A stretch of DNA of 64,000 bases, taken from the NCBI GenBank assembly GCA_035454085.1, contig DAOTEJ010000003.1, forward strand, positions 19,352 to 83,351, read 5' to 3'. The notes below the pieces were generated by a model. The model was given only the letters and a program-made list of their open reading frames with translations, was not told the DNA's origin and did no database searches. Positions within the stretch are counted from its first letter, which is position 1. The number at the start of each line of letters is the position of its first letter. The translations under genes were made by a program, and so were the position numbers. Shown piece after piece: positions 23,185-32,930 of the stretch. Source of the DNA: Burkholderiaceae bacterium. GTDB taxonomy: Bacteria; Pseudomonadota; Gammaproteobacteria; Burkholderiales; Burkholderiaceae_F.

Positions 23185-24120
23185 CTAGCCTCGGGGGTGG
23201 TGCTGTGCGTGCAGGCTCTTCAGGCGCTCGCGGGCCACGTGCGTGTAGATCTGCGTGGTCGAGATGTCGGCGTGCCCCAGCAGCAACTGCACCACGCGCA
23301 GGTCGGCGCCGTGGTTGAGCAGATGGGTCGCAAAGGCGTGACGCAGTCCATGCGGCGAGAGCGGCACCGTGATGCCGGCCACCGCGGCGTGGCGCTTGAT
23401 CAGCTGCCAGAAGGCCTGGCGCGTCATGCCCGCGCCGCGCTGGGTGACGAAGACCTCCTCGGCCGTGCGCCCGGCCAGCAGCGCTGGGCGAGCTCGCGCC
23501 AGGTAGCGTTCCAGCCAACTGCGCGCCTCCTCGCCCAGCGGCACGACGCGCTCCTTGGCGCCCTTGCCGATCACGCGCACCAGGCCCTCCTGCATGGACA
23601 GCTGAGTCAGCGTCAGGCCCACGAGTTCCGACACGCGCAGGCCGGTCGCATACAGGGTTTCGAGCATGGCGCGGTCGCGCAGGCCGAGCGTCGACTCCGC
23701 GTCGGGGGCAGCCAGCAACTGCTCGACCTGCCCCTCGGACAGCGACTTCGGGAAGCGCGCCGGACGCTTGGCCGCCGCGAGCCGCAGGGTGGGATCGGCC
23801 CGCACGCGACCCTCGCGCAAGGCCCAGCGGAAGAAGCGGCGCAGCACGGCGAGCCGGCGGTTGGCGGTTGCCGGGCGCGTGGTCTCGTGAGCTGCCGCGA
23901 ACCACGCGGCGAGTTGCGGCTCGGTGGCCGCGAGCAGCGGCGTGTCGCCAAGATGGCGCGTGGCCGATTCGAGGTCGCGCCGGTAGGCCGCGAGGGAATT
24001 GGCCGCCAGTCCGTCCTCCAGCCAGAGCGCGTCGACGAAAGTGTCGATCAGCGCGCTCTGCGCCGGGGTCAGCTCGGCGCCGCCTAGCTGCGCGCGCGCG
24101 CCTCGTGGGCGAGCAGCCAT
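23185..24120 (-). CDS. xerD: Site-specific tyrosine recombinase XerD
   Basis: LIDTFVDALWLEDGLAANSLAAYRRDL N-terminus. Catalytic region HGLRHAFATHLLNHGADLRVVQLLLGHADISTTQIYTHV. Confidence 0.9.
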   Translation of the reverse strand: MAARPRGARAQLGGAELTPAQSALIDTFVDALWLEDGLAANSLAAYRRDLESATRHLGDTPLLAATEPQLAAWFAAAHETTRPATANRRLAVLRRFFRWALREGRVRADPTLRLAAAKRPARFPKSLSEGQVEQLLAAPDAESTLGLRDRAMLETLYATGLRVSELVGLTLTQLSMQEGLVRVIGKGAKERVVPLGEEARSWLERYLARARPALLAGRTAEEVFVTQRGAGMTRQAFWQLIKRHAAVAGITVPLSPHGLRHAFATHLLNHGADLRVVQLLLGHADISTTQIYTHVARERLKSLHAQHHPRG

Positions 24121-24590
24121 TGCTTGACGTTCTGGTGGAAGCCTGCGGCCGAGTGGGCGAAGCCGCCTGGGCCGTCGGCCGCCACCACGCGGTGGCAGGG
24201 AATCAGTAGCGGCAGCGGGTTGTCGCCGCAGGCCTGACCGACGGCGCGAGGTGCCGAACCGAGCTCGACCGCGATCTGGCCATAGGTGCGCGTCACGCCT
24301 GGGCGGATCGCGCCGATCGCGCGCCAGACGCGCCGCCTGAAGGGCGTGCCTTCAAGCGCGAGCGGCAGATCGAATGCGCTGCGCGGGTCCTCGAGGTAAG
24401 CCGCGATCTGCCGCGCCGCCGCCGCTGCGGCAGCCGTGCTCCCCGCCCTGGCCGGCGCGGTGCGCAGGAAGACGATCTCGCGCACGACGCCCTCCGGGGC
24501 TAGAACGCCGAGCGCCCCGAAGGGCGCCGCAACGATGGCGTCGAAAGCGGAGGCGTCCGGTTCCTCGCCCAGCCGCGCGCGCACGCCCAC
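24084..24590 (-). CDS. ogt: Methylated-DNA--protein-cysteine methyltransferase (Ogt/MGMT family)
   Basis: Active-site PCHRVV, RVWRAIGAIRPGVTRTYGQIA. GTG start at 24590. The 3' end overlaps the xerD start by 37 nt. Confidence 0.85.
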   Translation of the reverse strand: MGVRARLGEEPDASAFDAIVAAPFGALGVLAPEGVVREIVFLRTAPARAGSTAAAAAAARQIAAYLEDPRSAFDLPLALEGTPFRRRVWRAIGAIRPGVTRTYGQIAVELGSAPRAVGQACGDNPLPLLIPCHRVVAADGPGGFAHSAAGFHQNVKQWLLAHEARARS

Positions 24591-24596
24591 GAAGGA

Positions 24597-25184
24597 CTAG
24601 CCGCCGAGCATCGCCTTCTTCAAGGCGGCGTCGGCGGGTTTGTCGCCCAGCCAGATGCGCAGCACGGCCGCGTAGAAGTCGTCGCCGGCGATGGCGTTGC
24701 CCTTGGGCTGGCCGTTGACGGTGATGCGCGTGCCGCCCTCGGGCGTGTAGTCGAAATTGATCAGGTCGCCCTTCTTGCCTTCGCCGATCGACTTCAGTGT
24801 GGCGTTCAGCGCCTCGATCCTCGGGCGCAGCGCAGCGAACTGGGTCTCGCTCAGGTTGTCCTTCAGGCCGTCGTTCAGGGCGCCGATGAAGGTGTCGGCA
24901 TCGAGGTCGCGCAACAGGCCCAGGCTCACACGCCGCGGACCCTTGTCGTTGATGACGCTCGCCGCGTCGGTGGACTTCTTCGCCACGTACAGTCCGGCAG
25001 CGTAGACCTTGATGACGAACTTCTTGCGGACTCCCGCGCCGTTGAGAACCAGCGACTGGCCGCCAACCTGGACCGTCGGCGCGAACTTGATGCCCTCGAC
25101 GTCCACCGCGCTTTGCGCCGAGGCGCCGGTGGCGGCAAAGGCCAGCCCCGCGGCCAGCGCCAGATTCCTGAACCAAGCTTGCAT
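24597..25184 (-). CDS. Secreted chalcone-isomerase-fold (CHI-like) family protein, paralog 1
   Basis: Signal peptide MQAWFRNLALAAGLAFAATGASAQ, AAGGAG SD. Pattern [26 protein letters not shown]...DFYAAVLRIWLGDKPAD is typical of bacterial CHI-like proteins. Confidence 0.8.
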   Translation of the reverse strand: MQAWFRNLALAAGLAFAATGASAQSAVDVEGIKFAPTVQVGGQSLVLNGAGVRKKFVIKVYAAGLYVAKKSTDAASVINDKGPRRVSLGLLRDLDADTFIGALNDGLKDNLSETQFAALRPRIEALNATLKSIGEGKKGDLINFDYTPEGGTRITVNGQPKGNAIAGDDFYAAVLRIWLGDKPADAALKKAMLGG

Positions 25185-25231
25185 GAGCGTCTCCTTGTGG
25201 TAGTCCCGCGGCGCGTCGTGGCACGCCGCGT

Positions 25232-25816
25232 TCAGCCGTTGACGATACCCTTCTTTAGGCCTTCATCGGCGGGCTTTTCCCCGATCCACACGCGCAGCAC
25301 GGCGCTGTAGAAATCCTCGCCCTGGATCACGGGGCCCCGCGTGGCGCCGTTGACGGTGACGCGGATGCCTTCGGCCGGGATGTAGTCGAAGTTGATGCTG
25401 TCGCCCCGGCGCGCCAGAGCGATCGTCTTGATGGTGGCCGTGAGCGACTCGACCTGCGGGCGCCACTTGGCCAGCTGGTCCTCGCGGTGATTGGCCTTGA
25501 GGCCGTTGTGCAGCGAGGTCACGAACAGCTCCGAATCGACCTCGCGCAGAAAGCGCAGTGCCACCCGCTTGGCGCCGCCCTGGGCGGCGAGCTTTTCGGC
25601 GTCCTGGCCGGGCTGCGCCACGTAGAGCCCCGCGGTGTACACGTCGAACACCATGCGCTTGCGCACGCCCGCGCCATTGAGCTGCAGTCGCTGGCCGCCG
25701 AGGTCGAGCGTGGAATCGAAGCGCACCCCCTCGACCACCTTCTGGGCGTGCGCCGTTGGCGGCGTCACCGCCACACCGAGGGCGAGCAGCGTCGCCCCCA
25801 AAACCTGCCATTTCAC
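25232..25816 (-). CDS. Secreted chalcone-isomerase-fold (CHI-like) family protein, paralog 2
   Basis: GTG start at 25816 overlaps the ispH stop (GTGA). Signal peptide, then [26 protein letters not shown]...[17 protein letters not shown]. Clearly paralogous to 24597..25184. Confidence 0.8.
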   Translation of the reverse strand: MKWQVLGATLLALGVAVTPPTAHAQKVVEGVRFDSTLDLGGQRLQLNGAGVRKRMVFDVYTAGLYVAQPGQDAEKLAAQGGAKRVALRFLREVDSELFVTSLHNGLKANHREDQLAKWRPQVESLTATIKTIALARRGDSINFDYIPAEGIRVTVNGATRGPVIQGEDFYSAVLRVWIGEKPADEGLKKGIVNG

Positions 25817-26760
25817 TGTGCGTCTCCTGCGGCTTGGCCCCGGCTCAATGCGCGGGGCAGAGGAAAGGTCACATTTTCGCGCACACCGTCGAGCGTGCGC
25901 ACACTGCGCGCGCCCAGGGCCCGCAAATGCGCGATGAGCTCCTCCACGAGCCTTTCGGGCGCGGACGCGCCGGCGGTCACCCCCACCCGTGCTGCATCGG
26001 CGACCCAGGCGGGGTCGAGCTGCTCGGCGCGGTCCACGAGATAGGCCGGCACGCCGAAGCGCTCGGCCACCTCGCGCAGGCGGTTGGAATTCGAACTCGT
26101 CTGGCTACCGATCACCAGCACCACGTCGACCTGCGGGGCCATGAAGCGCACCGCGTCCTGGCGGTTCTGGGTCGCGTAGCAGATGTCGGCCTTCTTGGGC
26201 TCGGCGATCAGGGGAAAGCGCGTCTTGAGCGCCTCGATCACCCGCGCCGCGTCGTCGAGCGAGAGCGTGGTCTGCGTGACGTAGGCGAGCCGCGCGGGGT
26301 CGCTCACCTCGAGGCGACCCACGTCGTCGACCGTCTCGACAAGCAGGATGCCGTCCTCGACCTGGCCCATCGTGCCTTCGACTTCCGGGTGCCCGGCGTG
26401 GCCGATCATCACGATCTCGCGCCCCTCGGCGCGCATCTTCACCACCTCGACGTGCACCTTGGTCACCAGCGGACAGGTGGCGTCAAACACGCGCAGCGCG
26501 CGCGCCTCGGCCTCGGCCTCCACGCTGCGCGCCACGCCGTGCGCCGAGAACACCACCGTCGCACCGGACGGCACCTCGTCGAGCGAACGCACGAACACGG
26601 CGCCCTTGGCGCGCAGGTCGTCGACCACCGTCTTGTTGTGCACGATCTCGTGGCGCACGTAGATCGGCGCGCCGTGCACCTCGAGCGCGCGCTCGACGAT
26701 CTCGATCGCTCGGTCTACCCCTGCGCAGAAGCCGCGCGGCTGGGCCAGCACCACGTCCAT
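25813..26760 (-). CDS. ispH: 4-hydroxy-3-methylbut-2-enyl diphosphate reductase IspH
   Basis: [24 protein letters not shown] and CPLVTKVH motifs. Follows fkpB, as in the E. coli ileS-lspA-fkpB-ispH operon. Confidence 0.95.
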   Translation of the reverse strand: MDVVLAQPRGFCAGVDRAIEIVERALEVHGAPIYVRHEIVHNKTVVDDLRAKGAVFVRSLDEVPSGATVVFSAHGVARSVEAEAEARALRVFDATCPLVTKVHVEVVKMRAEGREIVMIGHAGHPEVEGTMGQVEDGILLVETVDDVGRLEVSDPARLAYVTQTTLSLDDAARVIEALKTRFPLIAEPKKADICYATQNRQDAVRFMAPQVDVVLVIGSQTSSNSNRLREVAERFGVPAYLVDRAEQLDPAWVADAARVGVTAGASAPERLVEELIAHLRALGARSVRTLDGVRENVTFPLPRALSRGQAAGDAQ

Positions 26761-27245
26761 CAGAGCACTCCAATGATGCGCACGGCGAGCCGCAGGGCGC
26801 GCCCGGCGAGGGGATGATTGAAGTCCACGGTCACGCTCTGCGGCCCAAGCGCCTTGAGCACGCCTGAGAACACACTGCCGTCCGGCGAGGTGAAGCGCAC
26901 GGGGTCGCCGGCCGCGTAGTCGCCGCCGGCCTCGGCATTGGCGTCGAAAGTCTCGCGCGAGAGAGTCTGCACGAGATCCGCACGACGCGGCCCGTAGGCC
27001 TGCTCGGGCGCGAAGTCGAGCACGGCCTCGCTGCCCTCGACCAGACCGACGAGGCGCGCCTCGAGTTCGGGTGCGAACTGACCCGTGCCCATCTGCAAGG
27101 TGGCAGGCTTACCATCGAACGTGCTGATCACGGCGTGCTCGCCGCCTTCGGGGTCGAGCACGCTCAGCCGGTAATGCAGGGTGAGGTAGGCGCCGGGGCG
27201 AACGGCCGCTGGCTCGGTCACCGCCTCAGGGGAAGAATGCGTCAT
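26760..27245 (-). CDS. fkpB: FKBP-type peptidyl-prolyl cis-trans isomerase (FkpB/SlpA-like)
   Basis: 161-aa FKBP-like ORF (LTLHYRLSV...[20 protein letters not shown]...DFNHPLAG). 1-nt overlap with the ispH start. Confidence 0.82.
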   Translation of the reverse strand: MTHSSPEAVTEPAAVRPGAYLTLHYRLSVLDPEGGEHAVISTFDGKPATLQMGTGQFAPELEARLVGLVEGSEAVLDFAPEQAYGPRRADLVQTLSRETFDANAEAGGDYAAGDPVRFTSPDGSVFSGVLKALGPQSVTVDFNHPLAGRALRLAVRIIGVL

Positions 27246-27274
27246 GGCGCACGATTCTAGTGGAGGGCCCAGGC

Positions 27275-27949
27275 ATGACCATCAAGGACTGGCCCGAGGG
27301 TGAACGCCCCCGCGAGCGCCTGCTCGCCCTCGGCGCGCAGGCGCTGACCGACGCCGAGTTGCTGGCCATCTTCCTGCGCACCGGGGTCCAGGGACGCTCC
27401 GCCGTCGACCTGGCGCGCTTGGCGCTCTCCGAAGCCGGCGGCCTCAACGCCCTACTGGCGCTCGACTTGGAGCGCTTTGGCGCCTTGCCGGGACTGGGGC
27501 CGGCCAAGTTCGCACAACTGCAGGCCGTGGTTGAACTCGCGCGCCGCGCGCTGGGCGAGGAACTCGCGCAACGTGCAGCGCTGGATTCGCCCGCGCAGGT
27601 CCGTCAGTTCCTCAGCCTGCGCCTCGGGCGCCTGGGTCAAGAAGTCTTCCTGGCGCTGTTCCTCGACGCCCAGAACCGGCTGATCGCCGACGAAGTCCTG
27701 TTCACCGGCACCCTCACGCAGACCAGTGTTTACCCTCGGGAGGTGGTCAAGCGGGCCTTGGCGCACAACGCCGCGGCCCTGATCCTGGCCCACAACCACC
27801 CCTCCGGGCTGGCCGAGCCCAGTCGCGCCGACGAGCTGCTCACCGCCGCGCTCAAGTCAGCCCTGGCCCTGGTCGACGTGCGCGTACTCGACCACCTGGT
27901 CGTGGCGGGCAATCGCAGCGTTTCTTTCGCCGAGCGCGGCCTGCTCTAG
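27275..27949 (+). CDS. radC: RadC family JAB-domain protein
   Basis: Track ORF trimmed to ATG 27275 (GGAG SD 9 nt upstream): [41 protein letters not shown] motif [13 protein letters not shown]. Confidence 0.9.
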   Translation: MTIKDWPEGERPRERLLALGAQALTDAELLAIFLRTGVQGRSAVDLARLALSEAGGLNALLALDLERFGALPGLGPAKFAQLQAVVELARRALGEELAQRAALDSPAQVRQFLSLRLGRLGQEVFLALFLDAQNRLIADEVLFTGTLTQTSVYPREVVKRALAHNAAALILAHNHPSGLAEPSRADELLTAALKSALALVDVRVLDHLVVAGNRSVSFAERGLL

Positions 27950-27978
27950 CGGCCGTGCTTGCCCGGGGCTGCCTGGGT

Positions 27979-28008
27979 TTGGCATTCGACCGAGAAAAGC
28001 CTTATACT
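27979..28008 (+). promoter_or_regulatory. Candidate sigma-70 promoter for rpmB-rpmG
   Basis: TTGGCA (27979-27984), 18-nt spacer, TATACT (28003-28008). It would give a leader of roughly 160 nt before the rpmB ATG at 28174. Confidence 0.45.
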
Positions 28009-28173
28009 TTCGCGCTTTGCATCAGGTCTAGTGCAGTTTCGCCCGCAGCAGATGCGTCGGCGGTGCGCCAGACCACCCCAGCCGACGGCGGCGCGGGGCT
28101 CGGCCTGTCGGATCCCAGCGATCGACGCCGCAGCGGATGCGCCCCTTCGAAAGATTGATGAGAGGAGTTTGCG

Positions 28174-28407
28174 ATGGCACGCGTGTGTCAAGTCACCGGC
28201 AAGGCGCCGATGGTCGGCCATAACGTCTCGCACGCCAACAACAAGACCAAGCGCCGCTTCATGCCCAACCTGCAGTCGCGCCGCTTCTGGGTCGAGAGCG
28301 AAAACCGTTGGGTGCGCCTGCGCCTGACCAACGCTGGCCTGCGCACCATCGACAAGCTCGGCATCGACGCCGTGCTGGTTGACCTGCGCGCGCGCGGCGA
28401 GATCTGA
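28174..28407 (+). CDS. rpmB: 50S ribosomal protein L28
   Basis: [34 protein letters not shown]... Confidence 0.97.
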   Translation: MARVCQVTGKAPMVGHNVSHANNKTKRRFMPNLQSRRFWVESENRWVRLRLTNAGLRTIDKLGIDAVLVDLRARGEI

Positions 28408-28419
28408 TAGGAGTCGATC

Positions 28420-28587
28420 ATGGCCAAGGGCATCCGCGAAAAGATCAAGCTCGAGTCGACCGCCGGCACGGGCCACTTCTACACGACGACCAAGAACAAG
28501 CGCACCACGCCGGAGAAGATGGAAATCTCCAAGTTCGATCCGGTGGCGCGCAAGCACGTCGCGTACAAGGAAGTGAAGCTCAAGTAG
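28420..28587 (+). CDS. rpmG: 50S ribosomal protein L33
   Basis: Not in the ORF track (55 aa). Own translation: [63 protein letters not shown] directly after the rpmB stop. Confidence 0.93.
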   Translation: MAKGIREKIKLESTAGTGHFYTTTKNKRTTPEKMEISKFDPVARKHVAYKEVKLK

Positions 28588-28606
28588 TCGCCGTTCTCGC
28601 GACACG

Positions 28607-28637
28607 AAAAAAGGCCCGGCATTGCCGGGCCTTTTTC
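28607..28637. terminator. Rho-independent terminator after rpmG (bidirectional shape)
   Basis: AAAAAA-GGCCCGGC-att-GCCGGGCC-TTTTT. Confidence 0.8.
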
Positions 28638-28744
28638 TTGGTGCACACTTGGCTGTCGGCTGTCGGCGCCACGCGGAGCCGACCGAGGCAGAGCCAGCCC
28701 GCCGCTAGCTTGCGGTCCCGCCCACCGGACCCAACACCCCGCCC

Positions 28745-29962
28745 TCAGGCAGCGGCCACCAGCCGGTACGAACGCATGCGCAGCGCCGCCTCCTGCAACG
28801 AGCGGATGCCGCTGGCCTCGGCGCGTGCGATCCAGTCCTGCAAGCGAGCAAGCATCTGCTCGCGCGAATCGCTCGAGCGCGCCCAGATCGCGGCCAGTTC
28901 GGCGCGCATCTCCACCAGGGTCTGCATCACGCGGCTTTGCGCCATCAGGCCGTCGAGCGCCTGGCGCTCGGCTTGAGGAAGGTTGGCCACGTCCGAGGCC
29001 TTGAGCCAGCGCTTGAGCGACGCGTCCCGTGCGGCGCGCGCCGCCGGCGTGTCGCCCAGGCGACGCAGTTCTTCCTTGTAGGCGCGGCGCAGCGAGCGCG
29101 CGTAACGGGCCAGCAGGTCGTAGCGGTTGGCGATCACCGCCTGCAGGGTCTCGCCATCGACGGCGGCCTTGGGCTCGGCCATCCTGGGCACCGGAGCGCG
29201 CCGGTGCACGGTCGCCAGACCCAGCGCCGACAGGGCACGGATGTAGGCCCAGCCGAGGTCGAATTCGTACCACTTGACCGACAGCTTGGCCGAGGTCGGG
29301 AAGGTGTGGTGGTTGTTGTGCAGTTCCTCGCCGCCGATCCAGAAAGCCCAGGGCACGATGTTCGTGCTGGCATCCGGCGCGTCGAAATTGCGGTAGCCCC
29401 AGAAGTGCCCGATGCCGTTGATCACCCCGGCGGCGTGCACCGGGATCCACAGCATCTGCGCCGCCCAGACCGCCAGGCCCAGCACGCCGAACAGCAGCAC
29501 GTCGACCACCAGCATCACGCCGCAGCCGTGCCAGGTGAAGCGCGAGAACAGGTTGCGCTCGATCCAGTCGGTGGGCGTGCCGTGGCGGTAGCGGGCGATC
29601 GTCTCGGCGTTGCGCGACTCCTCGCGATACAGCTCCGCGCCGCGCCAGAACACGGTCTTGAGGCCGCGGGTCTGCGGGCTGTGCGGGTCTTCGGGGGTTT
29701 CGCACTTGGCGTGGTGCTTGCGGTGGATCGCGACCCACTCGTGCGTCTGCATCCCGGTGGTAAGCCACAGCCAGGCACGGAAGAACAGGGCCACGGCCGG
29801 GTGCAGGTCCAGCGCCCGATGCGCCTGCGAGCGGTGCAGGTAAATGGTCACGCCGGCGATGGTGATGTGGGTCATCACCAGGGTCGCCAGGATCACCTGC
29901 CACCACGCCAGATCGAGCAGTCCTCCGTCGAGGAAGCTAAGCAATTGATTCAGGCCTTCCAT
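28745..29962 (-). CDS. Membrane fatty-acid (delta-9-type, DesA-like) desaturase
   Basis: Three histidine boxes (HRSQAH, HRKHH, HNNHH) and N-terminal TM helices. About 130-aa helical C-terminal region, as I recall for DesA-type enzymes. Confidence 0.86.
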   Translation of the reverse strand: MEGLNQLLSFLDGGLLDLAWWQVILATLVMTHITIAGVTIYLHRSQAHRALDLHPAVALFFRAWLWLTTGMQTHEWVAIHRKHHAKCETPEDPHSPQTRGLKTVFWRGAELYREESRNAETIARYRHGTPTDWIERNLFSRFTWHGCGVMLVVDVLLFGVLGLAVWAAQMLWIPVHAAGVINGIGHFWGYRNFDAPDASTNIVPWAFWIGGEELHNNHHTFPTSAKLSVKWYEFDLGWAYIRALSALGLATVHRRAPVPRMAEPKAAVDGETLQAVIANRYDLLARYARSLRRAYKEELRRLGDTPAARAARDASLKRWLKASDVANLPQAERQALDGLMAQSRVMQTLVEMRAELAAIWARSSDSREQMLARLQDWIARAEASGIRSLQEAALRMRSYRLVAAA

Positions 29963-30033
29963 GCCACCGCCTCTTGCGCCCGCTCAGGGCGCCTGTGTGT
30001 TTCGACCATCCGGCTCTTCAAGCCGATCCCCCC

Positions 30034-31437
30034 TCAGGGAGCCTCCATTCTACCGGGGGCCTGGCCCGAACCCATGAGGGTCGTCCCCAGCCCGGAAGGC
30101 ACCGACACGAGGCGCACGTCGCGTTGCGGGAAGGGGATCGCGATCCCCTCGGCGCGGAAGCGGCGCAGGATCTCGAGCGCCATGTCGGAGCGTGCGCTCA
30201 GGGTGCCGTTTTGCGGGTCACCGATCCACACGCCGAGCTCCAGATCGATGCCGTCGGCCGCGAAGCCGGTGAGGAAAGCCCCGGGCGCCGGATCGGCCAA
30301 CACGCGTGGGTGCTTGGCCGCCACCTCGGTCATCATCGTCATCGCCCGCTCGACGTCCGAGTCGTAAGCCACCGACACCTTGACCACCGCGCGCACCGAG
30401 CTGTCGGTGTACGAATGATTGGTCACTGGCGTGGACACGAGCATCTCGTTCGGGACGATGGCCTCGGTGCCATCCATCGCCTTGATCACCGTATAGCGCG
30501 TGTTGATCTGGCTGACCGTGCCGTAGTACTTGTCCACGGTGATCAGATCGCCCAGGCGCAGGCTGTGGTCGATCAGGATGATGAAGCCGCTCACGTAGTT
30601 GCTGGCGATCCGCTGCAGACCCAGGCCCAGGCCCACGCCCAGCGCCCCGCCGAAGACCGACAGCACGGTCAGGTCGATGCCCACCGCCGACAGTCCGAAC
30701 AACACCGCCAGCACCAGCAGCACGGCCTTGGCCACCCGCGACAGCACGACGCGCAGGTTGGGCTGCAGCTGCGAGCGCATCAGCCGGCTCTCGATGGCCG
30801 CGGCGCTCCACATGGCGAGCAACACGGTGACCGCCACCGTGAACACCCCCATGAGCAGGTCCCACACGCTCACGCTGGACTTGCCCAGCGGCAGCTTCTC
30901 GTGCTCCAGGGCCTGCACGATCTCGCGCAGGAACCCCGTGATGTACAGCGCAGCAAGGACCCACAAGGTGATGGCAATCACCCGCTCCCCGCTCGCCAGC
31001 CAGCGAGCGTTGCGGAACACGGTGCGCAGCACGTAGACCGCCAGTCGGATCGTTCCGAAGACCACGAGCAGCACGAAGGCCAGGCGTGAGAACTGCAGCA
31101 GCCCGGTGGCTGGCAGCAGGTGCAGTGCGCGCGCCAGCGTCGTGAAGGCCACCAGCAGGAGCAGACTCACCGCCGGAAAGGCCAGCCGCGCGGCGCCGCG
31201 CAAAGACAGGCTCGCCGCCTGCGCGGCGGCGCCTTCGCTGGCGTCCAGTTCCTGCACCTTGGCCTTGGCCCGGCGCGTCAGCTGCCGGCTCACCAGCCAG
31301 CCCAGGCCCAGCGCGGCGCCGATGGCCACGAACTGCCAGAGGATGGCCGGGCGCGCGAGGCCCTGCTCGATCGCCTCGAGCAGCTCGGCCAGCAGCGCGC
31401 CGGCCTGCTGCGCAGCGTTCGCCTCGGGCGTGCTCAC
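30034..31437 (-). CDS. Mechanosensitive ion channel family protein (MscS-like)
   Basis: In-frame GTG 31437 within fused track ORF 30034..32532. This start overlaps the rsmB stop as GTGA. Several TM helices, then the MscS core GLGLGLQRIASNYVSGFIILIDHSLRLGDLITV. Confidence 0.86.
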   Translation of the reverse strand: MSTPEANAAQQAGALLAELLEAIEQGLARPAILWQFVAIGAALGLGWLVSRQLTRRAKAKVQELDASEGAAAQAASLSLRGAARLAFPAVSLLLLVAFTTLARALHLLPATGLLQFSRLAFVLLVVFGTIRLAVYVLRTVFRNARWLASGERVIAITLWVLAALYITGFLREIVQALEHEKLPLGKSSVSVWDLLMGVFTVAVTVLLAMWSAAAIESRLMRSQLQPNLRVVLSRVAKAVLLVLAVLFGLSAVGIDLTVLSVFGGALGVGLGLGLQRIASNYVSGFIILIDHSLRLGDLITVDKYYGTVSQINTRYTVIKAMDGTEAIVPNEMLVSTPVTNHSYTDSSVRAVVKVSVAYDSDVERAMTMMTEVAAKHPRVLADPAPGAFLTGFAADGIDLELGVWIGDPQNGTLSARSDMALEILRRFRAEGIAIPFPQRDVRLVSVPSGLGTTLMGSGQAPGRMEAP

Positions 31438-32930
31438 GGCAGGCCCGGCCCGCGCACCCGCTCGAGCACCGCGCCGAAGAATCCGTCGGTGCCGTGCAAG
31501 TGCGGCAGCATGACGAAGTAGGGAGCAAAGCGCTCGAGGTGCTCGACCACGATGCCCTGCGCCTTGAGCACCTCGGCCGCCGGCACCACGCGGAAGTCGG
31601 GGTGGGCTTCCAGGAACTCGCCGATCACGGCCTGGTTCTCGCGCTCGAGCAGCGAGCAAGTCGCATACACCAGGCGCCCACCCGGCTTGACCAGGCGCGC
31701 TGCCGACGCCAGCACCGAGCGCTGGATCTGGTTCACCCGCTCGAGCTCGGGCTGGTCGAAGCGCCAGCGCAGGTCGGGGTTGCGGCGCAGGGTGCCGCTG
31801 CCCGAACAGGGTGCGTCCACGACCACGCGATCGAACTTGCCCGCCAGGCGCTTGATGCGCAGGTCGTGCTCGTCCCGGATCGCCTGGGGATGGACGTTGC
31901 TCAGGCCCGCGCGGCGCATGCGCGGCGTGAGGCCGGCCAGGCGCTTGGCGTTGATGTCGAAGGCGTAGAGCCGCCCGGTCGAGCGCATCAGTGCCCCCAG
32001 CGCGAGCGTCTTGCCCCCGGCGCCGGCGCAGAAGTCGCACACCATCTCGCCACGCTTGGGCTGCGCCAGCCGCGCGATCAGCTGGCTGCCCTCGTCTTGC
32101 ACCTCGATCGCGCCCTCGCGATACAGCGGCCACGAGGTCAGGCCAGGCTTGCTGAACAGTCGCACGCCCTCGGGCGAGTAGCGCGTGGCTTCGGCCGTCA
32201 CGCCGTGCGCGGACAGCTGGGCGAGTACTTCCTCGCGCTTGGCCTTGATGGTGTTGACGCGCAGATCCAGAGGGGCGCCTACCTTCATGGATTCGATCAG
32301 CGCCTGGGCGTCGGGGTACTGGCCCACGATCGCATCGAAGAGCCACGACGGCAGCTCGGCCTGCACCGACACCGGCGCGCGGTCTAGCCTGACCGCCAGA
32401 GCGTTCTTCAAAGCGGGAGCATCGCGCCCCACGGCACGCTCTTCCAGCGCGTCGATCCCGTGCTGACGCGCCAGCGTCACCAGCGCCGCGAGGCGGGGCG
32501 CGCGCACCGGCACGGCCGGCTGCATGATCCAATTGAGCGTGGCCATGCGCCGCACGGCGTGGAAAATGGCCTCGGCGATCAGGCTGCGGTCGCGCGCGCC
32601 GAGCTTGGGTCGCTCACGGAAGAAACGCGACATCAGCGCATCCGCCGGCCCGTCGAGCCGCAGCACCGAGGCCAGCGCGTAAGCCAGTTCGTCCACCACC
32701 AACGCCGTGATGCGCGGCGCCCCGCTCATGCGTGGCGCAAGGCGCGGCCCGCGCGCGTCCTCCGGCAGGGCCGGCTTGGGCGGGCGCGGCGCCGCCGCCT
32801 GGCGCTTGGCCGCAGCGATCTGGCGCTCCGTCAACTGGCGTCCGCTGCCCGGACGCTTGCCCGGACCCGAGGACCGGCGTGCACCGGCGCTGCGTCCCGG
32901 CGGCTTGCCGCGCGAACCCGCGCCGCTCAT
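31434..32930 (-). CDS. rsmB: RsmB/Sun-family rRNA cytosine-C5 methyltransferase with basic N-terminal extension
   Basis: NusB-like region followed by a SAM-MTase core (DFCAGAGGKT, DAPCSGSGTLRRNPD, YATCS). ATG 32930 overlaps the purN stop (ATGA), supporting the long form with its Arg/Pro/Gly-rich first ~67 aa. Confidence 0.85.
   Translation of the reverse strand: MSGAGSRGKPPGRSAGARRSSGPGKRPGSGRQLTERQIAAAKRQAAAPRPPKPALPEDARGPRLAPRMSGAPRITALVVDELAYALASVLRLDGPADALMSRFFRERPKLGARDRSLIAEAIFHAVRRMATLNWIMQPAVPVRAPRLAALVTLARQHGIDALEERAVGRDAPALKNALAVRLDRAPVSVQAELPSWLFDAIVGQYPDAQALIESMKVGAPLDLRVNTIKAKREEVLAQLSAHGVTAEATRYSPEGVRLFSKPGLTSWPLYREGAIEVQDEGSQLIARLAQPKRGEMVCDFCAGAGGKTLALGALMRSTGRLYAFDINAKRLAGLTPRMRRAGLSNVHPQAIRDEHDLRIKRLAGKFDRVVVDAPCSGSGTLRRNPDLRWRFDQPELERVNQIQRSVLASAARLVKPGGRLVYATCSLLERENQAVIGEFLEAHPDFRVVPAAEVLKAQGIVVEHLERFAPYFVMLPHLHGTDGFFGAVLERVRGPGLP

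Noticed and set aside
23185-24120. Tyrosine recombinase as a sign of an integrated mobile element or genomic island
   Set aside because: The sequence is XerD-like (LWLE..GL..N(T/S)L.AYRRDL N-terminus and the RHRY catalytic region). It is embedded in a co-directional housekeeping cluster (ispH ... plsY). There is no flanking tRNA, direct repeats, phage or IS genes. I also saw no AT-rich dif-like site nearby.
24084-24120. The 37-nt ogt/xerD overlap as evidence of a frameshift or pseudogene
   Set aside because: Both ORFs are full length with intact catalytic motifs. Overlaps of this size between co-directional genes are common in compact GC-rich operons, and the xerD start could also be slightly downstream.
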